Below, one piece after another: positions 1-9,668 of a stretch of 64,000 nucleotides of DNA. The stretch is from assembly GCA_039591615.1 (NCBI GenBank), contig JBDHDH010000011.1, forward strand, positions 860 to 64,859, given 5' to 3'. Under the pieces are notes generated by a model. It searched no databases, had not been told where the DNA came from, and saw only the letters and a list, made by a program, of their open reading frames with translations. The translations under genes and the position numbers were made by a program. The stretch's first letter is position 1. Every line of letters starts with the position of its first letter. This DNA is from Gemmatimonadota bacterium. GTDB taxonomy: Bacteria; Gemmatimonadota; Gemmatimonadetes; Gemmatimonadales; GWC2-71-9.

Positions 1-284
1 GTAGCGCGCGATGGTGACACTGAGGGTGTTGGCCAGGGGAACCGGAGCAACTCACACACATAGCAAACCGCGTGCCAAGCGTCGATGCTTCGCCGCGACC
101 TCCGTCTCTGGAACTCCTGAGGCGGCGCGTCCCTGTTTTCGGCCAGCAAACCTGAGCCGGCATGATAGCCGGGTCCAGCGCGAAGAGTATCCCGAGATCG
201 TCACGCTCCCGTGCGCGTCCCATGGGTGTTACCATATCGATGTAGCCCCCCATCCCGTCGAACCGGCAGCCAGCCAGGTACCCC

Positions 285-1310
285 ATGAAAGCACACAAAC
301 CCTGGACCCTCACCAGCCTCGCCGTCCTTTTCCCACTCCTCGGATGTAGCAAAGAGAACGTCATCGATCTCGTGCCCAGCCGTTTCGGTACCGTTACCAT
401 CAGCTCCTCGGAGATCGACTTCAACGTCGACGGACCCGGAAGCAACGTTGACGGCATCGCCTTCTGGGAGGCGCCGACCCCGGAAGACCGATTGATGTTC
501 GTCTCGTCAAAGAACGTCGCGCTCGTAGAGGTGTGGCGATACCCGTTTCAAACCATGTCGAACGCGCTTCCGTCGCTCACCAATACATGCATAAGCAACG
601 GCACGAACGGGGTTCTCATCGATCAAGTGCGTGATCTGCTCTACGTGACGGTGCGGTTCGAGCCCAAGGTCTGCGTGTTCAGCGTGCCGAGCCTTGCATT
701 TCAGTTGGAGATCACGACTGGCGGTACCTCCCGGAACTCAGAGCCGAACCTTGGCATCCTCGAACTCCCAAGCAGCCGACGCCAGCTCTATATCTCCTAC
801 GACGACGAGGTGTTCATCCACGATGCCATCACTGGCGAGGAGCTCGGCCGCTTCAATCCCGAGAGGGGTCTCGAGGAATTGGCGGGTGACGACTTCAACC
901 AAGTCCTGTATATCCCGGACGAGAACGACAGGACCGGAATCTACGTCTACGATCCCGTGGGGAAACTTCGAGGGAGCTTCGCCGGTGGGGGAATCTTTGC
1001 GTCAGATGCGGAGGGGACCGTCATCTACACGTGTCCGTCCGACGGCATGACTGATAATGGTCGTGGGTTCATTGTAGTCTCAGATCAGCGGAATCCTCTC
1101 ACCGACTTCGAGTTCTTCGATCGCGAGACCCGGGAGTATCTGGGCTCGGTCCAGATCGACGGGGTCAACAACACCGACGGCATCGGCTCCACTCAACAGA
1201 CGTCTCCCGCTTATCCCATGGGCCTCTTCGCCGCCATCGACGACGATAAGAGTGCCGTTGGAGTCCAGTGGAGTATCGTTCTCCAGAAGACGGGGCTGAG
1301 CTGCGACTGA
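285..1310 (+). CDS. Secreted beta-propeller phytase-like (BPP fold) lipoprotein
   Basis: 341-aa ORF with a signal peptide and lipobox (LFPLLGC). Motifs recalled from BPP phytases: DGIAFWE, DAEGTVIY, GFIVVSDQ, NTDGIG, GLFAAIDD. Confidence 0.55.
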   Translation: MKAHKPWTLTSLAVLFPLLGCSKENVIDLVPSRFGTVTISSSEIDFNVDGPGSNVDGIAFWEAPTPEDRLMFVSSKNVALVEVWRYPFQTMSNALPSLTNTCISNGTNGVLIDQVRDLLYVTVRFEPKVCVFSVPSLAFQLEITTGGTSRNSEPNLGILELPSSRRQLYISYDDEVFIHDAITGEELGRFNPERGLEELAGDDFNQVLYIPDENDRTGIYVYDPVGKLRGSFAGGGIFASDAEGTVIYTCPSDGMTDNGRGFIVVSDQRNPLTDFEFFDRETREYLGSVQIDGVNNTDGIGSTQQTSPAYPMGLFAAIDDDKSAVGVQWSIVLQKTGLSCD

Positions 1311-1604
1311 CTCCCGTGGCCGATACCGTCCGGTGGGTGGATGACGGTCTCGGCAGCTGACGACTCCCCAGAAACGATCGATGCTCGCCGTTGGTGGAAT
1401 CCCCCATGTGTCCCATCTGGCGGATCAACCCTGCCGCTCTCGGAATACGGTCGTCCGGTTTTCGTGGCGAGCAGCGCCTTGCGAAGGCCGACAAACTCTG
1501 CACGATGAGTTCCCCGCTGGCGCTTTGGTGCACAGAATGCACGCCTCACCCGACGGATCCGCTTCGCGGGCGGCTCGCGCGTGAAGGCAGGTCAGACCCC
1601 ACGC

Positions 1605-2927
1605 TCAGCGGATGTTCCATCCGTTCACGGGCCCTCCGTGAAAGAACGCTTCCGGCGTCATCACACCACCCTGCTTGAACACAACGCCGTCCCTCATCAC
1701 AAACCGTACGTTGCGGAGGGCGTCGATGTTCTCGAGAGGATTGCCCACGACTGCGATCAGGTCTGCGGCGAGTCCGGGCTCGATGGGGCCGCGTGTGCGT
1801 TCGGTCTCGCTGACCCGGTACCCGTTGACGGTCATGGCCCGCAGAATGTCCACCGGAGGGATGCCTGCCGCCTTCCACGTTTCGATGAACTCGATGGCCA
1901 CCTCCCCTCGGGTCTTCCCCGGAACGTAGTAGTCAGCGTCGGTGGAAAAGGTGAGGGGGACTCCGTTCTCATAGGCGTTCCGTAGTCCAGCGACTGTCCG
2001 CTCGAACCGCGCTTGGTTGGTATGTCCGGTCAGCGAGATTGGCGTCTCGGTGCCGGCGCGGAAGATCCCCTTCTGTGCCATCAGCTTGTGCATCTCATCC
2101 GTGAGGCCCCGATCGTGCGCGATGGACCAGAGGCCCGCCTCGATGGCCCGCCGCGCGCCATCGACCGTCTGCACGTGGCCCTCGACCTTGAGCCCGGCTT
2201 TCGCCGCTTCACCGATGAAGAGCCGGATCTCGTCGGTCGTGTACCCCCACGGCTTACAGTCCACGCAGATCTTGATCACGCGGGCGCCAAACAGCGCGTT
2301 CCGCCGGACCGCCCGTACGATCTCATCCGGCGTATCAGCGTCGAGATACTCAGGGTAGACGATGTTCTTATCGATGGCCATCTCGGGTGTCGGCCAGAAC
2401 TGCCCCCCCATGCCGCCGATGATGATACCGGAGTTGATGATCGTGGGCCCCGGAATCCAACCCTGCTCAATCGCTTTCCGCAGCGCCGCATCCGCGTAAT
2501 TACCCGCGTTCCCCATATCCCGGACGATGGTGAAACCCGCATTCAACATTTGGATCCCGTTGGAAACCGCCTGGATTGCACGGAGCGGCGTGCCGTCCAA
2601 CACATAGGTCAAGTAATAGACGTTGTGCTCGGGCACTTCCTTATAAGTGAGGGCCAGGTGGTTGTGGGCATCTACCAAACCCGGTAGAACCGTGAGGTCT
2701 AAGAGATCGATGACCTCGGCATCTTGCGGTACCGCGACGTCTGCGCCGATGGCAGTGAACTTCCCTTCCTCAACGAGGATCACCTGGTTGGCGGTGAGTG
2801 TGCCGGCCTCGGGATCGACGAGACCGCCCGCGCGAACGGCTGTCACCTGCGCCGCTGCGACGGACGTCTCGACGACGAGTAGACCTATACCAACGAAGGC
2901 TGCCACACTTGTGGTGCGTGCACGCAT
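1605..2927 (-). CDS. Secreted amidohydrolase family protein (metal-dependent hydrolase)
   Basis: Metal-binding motif VDAHNHL and a typical amidohydrolase C-terminal half. I place the start at MRARTTS (ATG 2927), which follows AAGGAG at 2936-2941 (minus) and opens a signal peptide. The track ORF extends to 3053. Confidence 0.8.
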   Translation of the reverse strand: MRARTTSVAAFVGIGLLVVETSVAAAQVTAVRAGGLVDPEAGTLTANQVILVEEGKFTAIGADVAVPQDAEVIDLLDLTVLPGLVDAHNHLALTYKEVPEHNVYYLTYVLDGTPLRAIQAVSNGIQMLNAGFTIVRDMGNAGNYADAALRKAIEQGWIPGPTIINSGIIIGGMGGQFWPTPEMAIDKNIVYPEYLDADTPDEIVRAVRRNALFGARVIKICVDCKPWGYTTDEIRLFIGEAAKAGLKVEGHVQTVDGARRAIEAGLWSIAHDRGLTDEMHKLMAQKGIFRAGTETPISLTGHTNQARFERTVAGLRNAYENGVPLTFSTDADYYVPGKTRGEVAIEFIETWKAAGIPPVDILRAMTVNGYRVSETERTRGPIEPGLAADLIAVVGNPLENIDALRNVRFVMRDGVVFKQGGVMTPEAFFHGGPVNGWNIR

Positions 2928-3278
2928 AGAGACAACTCCTTGCCAAGAATATGGGACTGAGCCGCGGCCACGCGGGAACGTCACCACGGGGACGCCGTTC
3001 ATCTGCGCGCCGTAGCGCACTCTGTCAAGGTTCGGACACTCGTAACGCGTCACCGCATGGAGCGTTGAGCATGAAGGACCGTTCCGAGTATCAGGGGTCG
3101 CAATCCTGGAATCGTATCATGAAGAGTGACGTGAGCGGGTGGTTTGACACCGCTAACGATGCCCAACATCGGCCGTTGGAAAACAGAGCGCGGTGGTCGG
3201 AGTTCGGAATTCAGGCAATTTTCTCTGTTTCTTCACCCAACCTGGTTTAAAATGTTTGTTAGAGTACGGCCGTCGCGG

Positions 3279-3360
3279 GACAGGCGATAGCTCGCCGACG
3301 AAACGATTGCAGCATTGAACTCACCTTCGGCAATCACGGTGTCGACTAGCTATCGCCGTC
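3279..3360. repeat. Long imperfect inverted repeat (rod-like hairpin) in a lower-GC divergent intergenic region
   Basis: GAC-A-GGCGATAGCT (3279-3292) pairs with AGCTATCGCC-GTC (3348-3360). Nested inner arms are CCGAC/GTCGA and GATTGC/GCAATC. Confidence 0.5.
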
Positions 3361-3562
3361 TATTTGTGGCTGCGGCGGTCTTCCCCCGTTCTCGGACTCG
3401 TAAACTTACGGTCTCGGTTCCACGTCGGTAACGCTTCATCGAAGCCACCATCTTGGCGGGTGAAGACCCAGAGACCGGGTGCCGTCCCCCATTGCTTCCA
3501 GCACTCCACGCGGACATCTTCTGTCGGCCCGATCGAGTTCGTCATTGGAACCCAGGGAGACT

Positions 3563-3829
3563 ATGTGTAGAAACATCCGCGCACTGTACAACTTCGATCC
3601 GCCCGTCACAGACGGTGAGATCCGCGCGGCCTCCCTCCAGTTCGTCCGCAAGGTGAGCGGATTCACCCGACCCTCCAAGGCCAACGAGGATGCCTTCGCT
3701 CGGGCCGTGGAGGAAGTCGCGGGAGTCGTGGAGCGACTGTTGGAATGCCTCGTGACGAGCGCTCCGCCCCGCGACCGAGAGGTCGAGGCGGCGAAAGCGC
3801 GGGCACGGGCCGCCAAGCGGTTCGCATGA
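3563..3829 (+). CDS. DUF2277 family protein
   Basis: MCRNIRALYNFDPPVTDGEIRAASLQFVRKVSGFTRPSKANEDAF matches my recollection of the DUF2277 N-terminus. GGGAGA lies 5 nt upstream of ATG 3563. Confidence 0.7.
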   Translation: MCRNIRALYNFDPPVTDGEIRAASLQFVRKVSGFTRPSKANEDAFARAVEEVAGVVERLLECLVTSAPPRDREVEAAKARARAAKRFA

Positions 3830-4043
3830 ACTCCCAGGCCTGACAACATGGGCGCGGCAGAGGAGTCGCACGTGAGGTGCGGGGGGAGGTTGCGCCCCGC
3901 GAGCCATCCAGATGCTCCGCCGCGCGATCCCGGCACGGCCTGTTTCTTGCTTTCCGCACCGATGCCGAAGCTGTGACGGAGCGCATCGCTGGGTGGCCCT
4001 CGGGAGCCCAGATTCCGTCGATCTGACAAGACAAGGAGCGAGC

Positions 4044-5627
4044 ATGAAGCTGAAGCAGATTGCACTCTCGTTGGTGCCACTGGCTCTGGTCGCATGCCAG
4101 GACGCCACCGAGCCATTGAGCGGTCCCAACCCCAAGGGGCCATCCCTGCTGATGCAGGCACCTTCACAAGCCGCGCCCGAGCGGGTCGTCCCCGGGATGG
4201 TGGTGGTGAAGCTCGAAGTCGGCGCGTTGGCCAGCGAAGTCGCGGCCGCACACGGGCTTTCGGTGGAACGCCGGGGACCACGGAACGCATTCGTGCTTCT
4301 CCGGGGCGTCGCCGGGAACGAGCGGGCGCTGGCCGCCCGGCTCCGCGACGATCCACGCGTCGTCTACGCGGAGCCGGACTACCTACGCCAACCCACAGCC
4401 ATCGATCCCAGGCTGTGGGCGTTTTACAATCCAGGCGGGCTGACGGTCGACTTCACCCGCGGCCGGAACAAAGGGTCACCGGTCACCTCCTACCAGTCTG
4501 TGGCGGACGCTGACGAAGACAACATCGAGGGCTACGCCACAGGTGGGAGCGCCGTCGTCATCGGCAGCATCGACACGGGGGTGGATTTCAATCATCCCGA
4601 GTTCCTCTCGGATCAGCTCATCGCCGGGAGGGACTGGTACAGCAACGACGCCGATCCCAGCGACGAGAACGGCCACGGCACGCACACCACGGGCACGATG
4701 GCGGGACAGTCCGTGGGGATAGCCGGCGTGGCCGGAGCCGGCGCCAACGTCAAGGTCTACGTGCAGCGCGTCTGCGGACCGCTGGGATGCCCGTTGTCCG
4801 CGATCGCCAGCGCCATCATGGAGGCAGCCGACTTCGGCGTGGTGGCCATGAACCTGAGCCTCGGCGGCAGCTCCGAGTCACAGGCCGAGAAGGATGCCAT
4901 CGCCTACGCGGTGACCAAAGGCGCTCTCGTGATCGCGTCGGCGGGGAATGATGGCACCAGCACCGTGAGCTGCCCGGCGTGCGACCCAATGGCCATCTCT
5001 GTAGCAGCAAGCAATTGGCAGGACGAGCTGTCCTACTACTCGAACTGGGGGTCGGGCCTCGACATCACAGCACCGGGCGGTGAGCTCTACTCCAACACGA
5101 CGGACGAGGCCGGTATCTACAGCGCGTACGTCGGCGGCGGGTATGAGTACTTGCAGGGCACGTCGATGGCGGCACCGCAGGTCACGGGGACCGCCGGCAT
5201 CGTGGCGTCGGTAACCGGTTTCACGGGATCGGCGCTTCGCACTCAGATCGAAGGCACCACGGACAACCTGGGCCCGGCGGGATACTTCGGCCATGGCCGC
5301 GTCAACAGCTACCGGGCGGTGACCAACACTACGCTCGATGAAGGCAGCGGCAGTGGTGGTGGCGGCGGCACGCTCACCGCGTCCTTCGGCTACTCCTGCG
5401 GCGGCAGCGCGACCTGCGACTTCGACGGCAGCGGCTCGACGGGCGCCACAACGTACGCCTGGACGTTCGGCGACGGCGCGAGCGACACCGGGGTGACCGT
5501 AGGCCATACGTTTGGGGGCGCTGGTGATTACGTGGTAACCCTCACGATCGGTGACGGCAGCGGAACCGATTCCCAGAACCAGACGGTCAGCTGCAGCGTG
5601 AGAGGACGCAAGCTGCGCTGCAGTTAG
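4044..5627 (+). CDS. Subtilisin-like S8 serine protease with C-terminal PKD domain, lipoprotein
   Basis: Catalytic triad motifs SIDTGVD, HGTHTTG and GTSMAAP. A Gly-rich linker precedes a PKD-like domain (YAWTFGDG...DYVVTLTIGDG). AAGGAG lies before ATG 4044, and the signal ends LVACQD. Confidence 0.9.
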   Translation: MKLKQIALSLVPLALVACQDATEPLSGPNPKGPSLLMQAPSQAAPERVVPGMVVVKLEVGALASEVAAAHGLSVERRGPRNAFVLLRGVAGNERALAARLRDDPRVVYAEPDYLRQPTAIDPRLWAFYNPGGLTVDFTRGRNKGSPVTSYQSVADADEDNIEGYATGGSAVVIGSIDTGVDFNHPEFLSDQLIAGRDWYSNDADPSDENGHGTHTTGTMAGQSVGIAGVAGAGANVKVYVQRVCGPLGCPLSAIASAIMEAADFGVVAMNLSLGGSSESQAEKDAIAYAVTKGALVIASAGNDGTSTVSCPACDPMAISVAASNWQDELSYYSNWGSGLDITAPGGELYSNTTDEAGIYSAYVGGGYEYLQGTSMAAPQVTGTAGIVASVTGFTGSALRTQIEGTTDNLGPAGYFGHGRVNSYRAVTNTTLDEGSGSGGGGGTLTASFGYSCGGSATCDFDGSGSTGATTYAWTFGDGASDTGVTVGHTFGGAGDYVVTLTIGDGSGTDSQNQTVSCSVRGRKLRCS

Positions 5628-5665
5628 AATAAGCGTACGCTATCGGTCTCCAGTGCAGGGACCTG

Positions 5666-5710
5666 AGCGCGGAGCTCGGAATCCTTTCCGGCTCCGCGCT
5701 TTCGGTGTTT
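5666..5710 (+). terminator. Rho-independent terminator of the S8 protease gene
   Basis: A perfect 10-bp stem AGCGCGGAGC/GCTCCGCGCT with a 15-nt loop, followed by TTTCGGTGTTT, 40 nt after the stop codon. Confidence 0.7.
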
Positions 5711-5866
5711 CCGGACCTGTGCCCCAGCCATCATACGAACGACCACCTGATGAGCTACCCGACGGCACGACGATCGCTCCAGCGCACGCGTGGTGAGTGC
5801 GGGATTGCTGCGCCGGAAAGCCCCGCCACTGCTTCGGTCACGCGGGGACGCCGATCGATTTCCCAT

Positions 5867-6247
5867 TCAGGTTCGCTCACCTTCCCTGTCATTGCCTCTG
5901 TAGGGCCGGTCACTCAGCTGGGCCTCACGCAGCGCACGCTCGCGCGCTGCGGCTCGCTGACGCTTCGCCGCCAGCACGACAAAGCCGACCAGCCAGACAG
6001 CGACGAGCCCGATCAAGGTGGGAACCGGGAATCGCGTAAAGGCCCAGAGAACCCCGGCGAGGACGATGAGAAAGCCCACCGCCGCACCGGCTCCCAACGA
6101 GAGCTCGACGAGACGCTCGCGTCGGCTCCTCTGCTCACGCTGGCCGTAGTGTCGCAGCCAGGGACCTCGAAACCTAGGCCTTTCGCACGGCCGCGAACAG
6201 CGCCTGGGTCTCGCCGGCGGCTTGCGGCTGACGTCGGCCTCGCACAT
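5867..6247 (-). CDS. Hypothetical small membrane protein (start uncertain)
   Basis: Two clear hydrophobic helices (GAAVGFLIVLAGVLWAF and LIGLVAVWLVGFVVLAA) and a basic C-terminal tail. No recognisable family and no clear RBS. Confidence 0.3.
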   Translation of the reverse strand: MCEADVSRKPPARPRRCSRPCERPRFRGPWLRHYGQREQRSRRERLVELSLGAGAAVGFLIVLAGVLWAFTRFPVPTLIGLVAVWLVGFVVLAAKRQRAAARERALREAQLSDRPYRGNDREGERT

Positions 6248-6420
6248 CTTGATGTCTAGGCGGAGATCCACGCCCAACCTCGTCAGCCCTTCCCCAGCGA
6301 GGGTTCTGGTGAGGCAAAGGGGGGCATACCCCCGGATCGGCATCGACCAAGCCTCTGTGTCGCCGCAGAGCGCCGTTGCTGGGGAGCGTGCTCTTGTGGC
6401 CTGACCAAGGGAGATTGGTG

Positions 6421-7097
6421 ATGCCGAAGGACAAGGACCTGAAGCGCCTGGTCCGCGACCGCATGCGGAAGACGGGCGAAGCCTACACGACGGCCCGCTC
6501 CCGGCTCCTCAGAAGAAGCATCCCCTCCCTGCCGACTACGCAAAGCTCGCCGGCATGAGCGACACCGCAGTGCGCGCGAAGACGGGCAAGACCTGGAAGC
6601 AATGGGTGCGCGCGCTCGATGGGGTCGATGCAACCGCGATGCCTCATCGGGACATCGCGCATCACGTCTACGAGCACCACGATGTCTCCGACTGGTGGGC
6701 GCAGACGGTCACGGTGGGATACGAGCGTATTCGTGGGTTGCGCGACGTCGGTCAGCGGCGGGATGGGACGTACGAGGCCAACAAGAGCAAGACCGTCACC
6801 GTGCCTGTGCCCACGCTCTACCGCGCGTGGAGCGACAAACGCATGCGTACCCGGTGGCTCCCCAACGCCGATCTCACCATTCACACGGCGAGGCGCGAGC
6901 AATCGATGCGCATCATGTGGGAAGACGGGACGGTGGTCGACGTGTATTTCACGGCGAAAGGCACCGCCAAGAGTCAGGTGGCGCTGCAGCATCGGAAGCT
7001 GCCGAGCAAGGCCGTGGGTACGCTGATGAAGGGGTTTTGGACTGAGCGCCTCGCTGCGCTCGAGCGGCTGCTACTTCGCAGCCGCGGAGACCAGTAA
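6421..7097 (+). pseudogene. SRPBCC/AHSA1-like protein with helical N-terminal domain, apparently split by a frameshift near 6505-6520
   Basis: ORF 6421-6558 (MPKDKDLKRLVRDRMRKTGEAYTTARSRLL...) stops. The neighbouring frame reads ...KKHPLPADYAKLAGMSDTAVRAKTGKTW..., running continuously into ORF 6555-7097. The joined product looks like one protein. Confidence 0.5.
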
Positions 7098-7184
7098 CCA
7101 ACGGTCCGACAGCGGCAGCGAGAGCGCGATCCGACCTGCACACGCAGGCATTCCCGGTTTCAACCGCGGAGCAGCGGGCACGGT

Positions 7185-8951
7185 CTACCGATATTCCAAC
7201 TCCTTTCTGGTGTAGATCTCGCCCCGTCGAACCACCAGGGCCGTTCGTCGCACGTTGGCGATATCGGACAGCGGATCATCATCGAGCACGACGAGGTCTG
7301 CCACAGCACCCGGCGTGACGGTTCCCACGCTATCGAGGCCCATGGCAAGGGCGCCGTTGCGCGTCGCGGCTACTAGAACCTCCATCGGCGTCAGACCGGT
7401 GGCCTGCATCGCTTCGAGCTCCATGAAGACCGAGGCCCCGTGCAACGTGAGTGGGTTCCCCGCATCAGTGCCGAGTACCACAGCGATGCCGGCATCGTGC
7501 ACGCGCTTCAGGTTCGCCTGCGCTTGTGCCAGCCGGCGAGCAGTCCGCTCCGTTCTCAGCTGCAGCTGCTCTGCCGGTACGCGCCGGTCGGACGCGACGG
7601 TGTCGGTGGCCAGCGCCTTCGTCCGCGTGCTCGGATCCACACAGCTGAGGGGCTGGAGATCCCGCTCGAACTTGCGTCCTGCGACCTGCCGGTACCCGTC
7701 GGGGACGAGGAGCGTCGGTGTGTAGACAGTACCAGCCGCCCGGGCAAGCTCGAGAAACTCGTCGTCCACCGGCTCCCTGCTTACCGAATGCACCAGGAGT
7801 GTGGCACCGGCTCGAACCGCATCCTTGGCTTCCCACAGGCCGGTGGCGTGCACAATGAGGGGAATGCCGGCCTTGCGCGCTTCGTCGCCGGCGGCGTGGA
7901 CCAGGACTGAGATACGCGTCGTGTCCGGCGGTTGTGGCGGCATGATGTACCACACTTTGACGGCTGCCGCACCCCATGCGGCGTGCGCTCGAACCGTCTG
8001 CCGCACTGTTCGCTCGTCCGCCATATAAATGAATTGCCGTTGCCCGGGAAGGTTGAGCCAGAAGTCGACGGTGGAGAGAAGCGGGCCCGCGGCGCGGACC
8101 GTCGGCGCTCCCGTACTGGTCGCGGTACGGGCCTCGAGCTGCCAGGTCCACGGGTATCCGCCCACATCGAAGACGCTCGTGACCCCGGCGCAGAGGTACG
8201 ACCGGAAGAACCGATCAGGATGGGCCGCGAGGTTCGCGACGGTTCGCTCATACGGGTGGTGGTTACGGAGATCGAGGGCATCCGGCCGGCCGTCTACCCA
8301 ACCGGTCTGTGAGAAATGCACGTGGGCGTCGATGAGTCCCGGAATGATCCATTTGCCCTTTGCGTCCACGCGGTGTGCATCGAGTGGAACGGGACACGCG
8401 CCCCTCGCCCCCGCGCATTCGACGCGGCCGCCACGCATGATCACCACCGCGTCTGGCACGGGTGGCGAGCCAGTGCCGTCCACCAGTGTCGCCCCCACGA
8501 GGGCCATGGGTGGCGGCGCGGCGCCCGGCGTGGAGAACGCCGTGGTCACCGCCACCTTCCAACCGTCCTCCGTCCGCACCAACACGCGCTCGCTGACGCC
8601 GCGATCGCTGGCGCCATCCGTGACCACGCGATAGCGATACGCGCCGTACGCGACGTCCGGTGTGATTGGAACCATCTCCATATGTGTCGCCACCAGCGTG
8701 TCGGGCCAGCTCTCCCCGGCGGCACGCGCGAAGCGATCGTAGCCCCGGATGAGCCCTGCCGGACCGACGCGTGCGAACGCGGGGGTTTGGACGTAACTCG
8801 AGAGGTACGCGGCCCGGTCGCGGGCGTGAATCGCCGCGATATTGGCGCGGAAGGCCTCGAGCGGTGTCTCTTGCGCTGGGAGGGGGGCAGCGCCGGTTGC
8901 GAGCAGACCGACGATCGCCGCGGGATGCAGCCGAGCAATACGGTGTGCCAT
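7185..8951 (-). CDS. Secreted amidohydrolase with N-terminal NTF2/SnoaL-like domain
   Basis: Signal peptide ending LPAQE, then about 130 aa of NTF2-like sequence, then an amidohydrolase core (IDAHVHF, VHATG, LGTDAGN). Confidence 0.8.
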   Translation of the reverse strand: MAHRIARLHPAAIVGLLATGAAPLPAQETPLEAFRANIAAIHARDRAAYLSSYVQTPAFARVGPAGLIRGYDRFARAAGESWPDTLVATHMEMVPITPDVAYGAYRYRVVTDGASDRGVSERVLVRTEDGWKVAVTTAFSTPGAAPPPMALVGATLVDGTGSPPVPDAVVIMRGGRVECAGARGACPVPLDAHRVDAKGKWIIPGLIDAHVHFSQTGWVDGRPDALDLRNHHPYERTVANLAAHPDRFFRSYLCAGVTSVFDVGGYPWTWQLEARTATSTGAPTVRAAGPLLSTVDFWLNLPGQRQFIYMADERTVRQTVRAHAAWGAAAVKVWYIMPPQPPDTTRISVLVHAAGDEARKAGIPLIVHATGLWEAKDAVRAGATLLVHSVSREPVDDEFLELARAAGTVYTPTLLVPDGYRQVAGRKFERDLQPLSCVDPSTRTKALATDTVASDRRVPAEQLQLRTERTARRLAQAQANLKRVHDAGIAVVLGTDAGNPLTLHGASVFMELEAMQATGLTPMEVLVAATRNGALAMGLDSVGTVTPGAVADLVVLDDDPLSDIANVRRTALVVRRGEIYTRKELEYR

Positions 8952-9010
8952 GGCTATGTATCCCGGTTTCGCATGTGGAAAGCCGGAACCTATGATACCC
9001 GTAACACCGC

Positions 9011-9544
9011 TTAGAAAAACCCGAACCCCGGAGGTGCCATCCCGTGCTTGCGGAAGTTGGCCACCACCTGCCCCGCAGTCCAGATCGTGTGCTGGTGAAT
9101 CTCATCCCACACCTGCCAGCGGGGGATCTCTTGCCCGAAGAACTGCACCGTCTGAGCGCGCTCCTCATCCGTCTCTTCGCGCAGGAGGTCGGCGACGTAG
9201 TCGTAGGCCTGGTTGATCATACGTTCGAGACCCTCACGGCTGTTCAGGGCCGTCGCCGTATCTGGGGGCTGGGGCCGCCGTCCGCCACCGACGAATCGCG
9301 CGGCGATGCGTGCCGCACCACCCGCCGCGTGACCAATCTGCTGGGCAAAGTCCCGCTGCTCGGGGGTCGCCCTATCGCGGTAGAGTCGTTCCGGCATCGA
9401 ATCCGCCATCGCCAGGAGCATCGATCGCTGGAGCTCTACCATCTTGAGCTGAGCCTCGCGGTGCGTGTCGGGCAGTTGGCCCGCCAGGGGTGATGCCAGC
9501 ACCGCCGGCACCGCCAGGAGAACGACGAATCGCAGTATGCGCAT
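9011..9544 (-). CDS. DinB family protein (secreted)
   Basis: I place the start at MRILRFVVLL (GGGAGG upstream). The four-helix DinB-like pattern has conserved His residues (IGHAAG, HQHTIWTAGQ). Confidence 0.6.
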   Translation of the reverse strand: MRILRFVVLLAVPAVLASPLAGQLPDTHREAQLKMVELQRSMLLAMADSMPERLYRDRATPEQRDFAQQIGHAAGGAARIAARFVGGGRRPQPPDTATALNSREGLERMINQAYDYVADLLREETDEERAQTVQFFGQEIPRWQVWDEIHQHTIWTAGQVVANFRKHGMAPPGFGFF

Positions 9545-9668
9545 GAGCGGAGCCTCCCAGTGAGTTCCGGTGTAGCTCAGGGATCGACCATCACCGTCAC
9601 GCGCTACACGGAGCCATGGCTGGCCGGGACGGTCGAACTCACCATTAGAGTGAGCCGCCACGTACGTG

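Noticed and set aside
1-284. Possible gene fragment at the left edge (ORF 11-349 and minus-strand frames)
   Set aside because: The translations are low-complexity and have no recognisable motif, so the fragment is too short to call.
3436-4356. 306-aa minus-strand ORF spanning the DUF2277 gene and the protease 5' region
   Set aside because: It is an Arg/Pro-rich antisense artefact. Both plus-strand genes have RBSs and family motifs.
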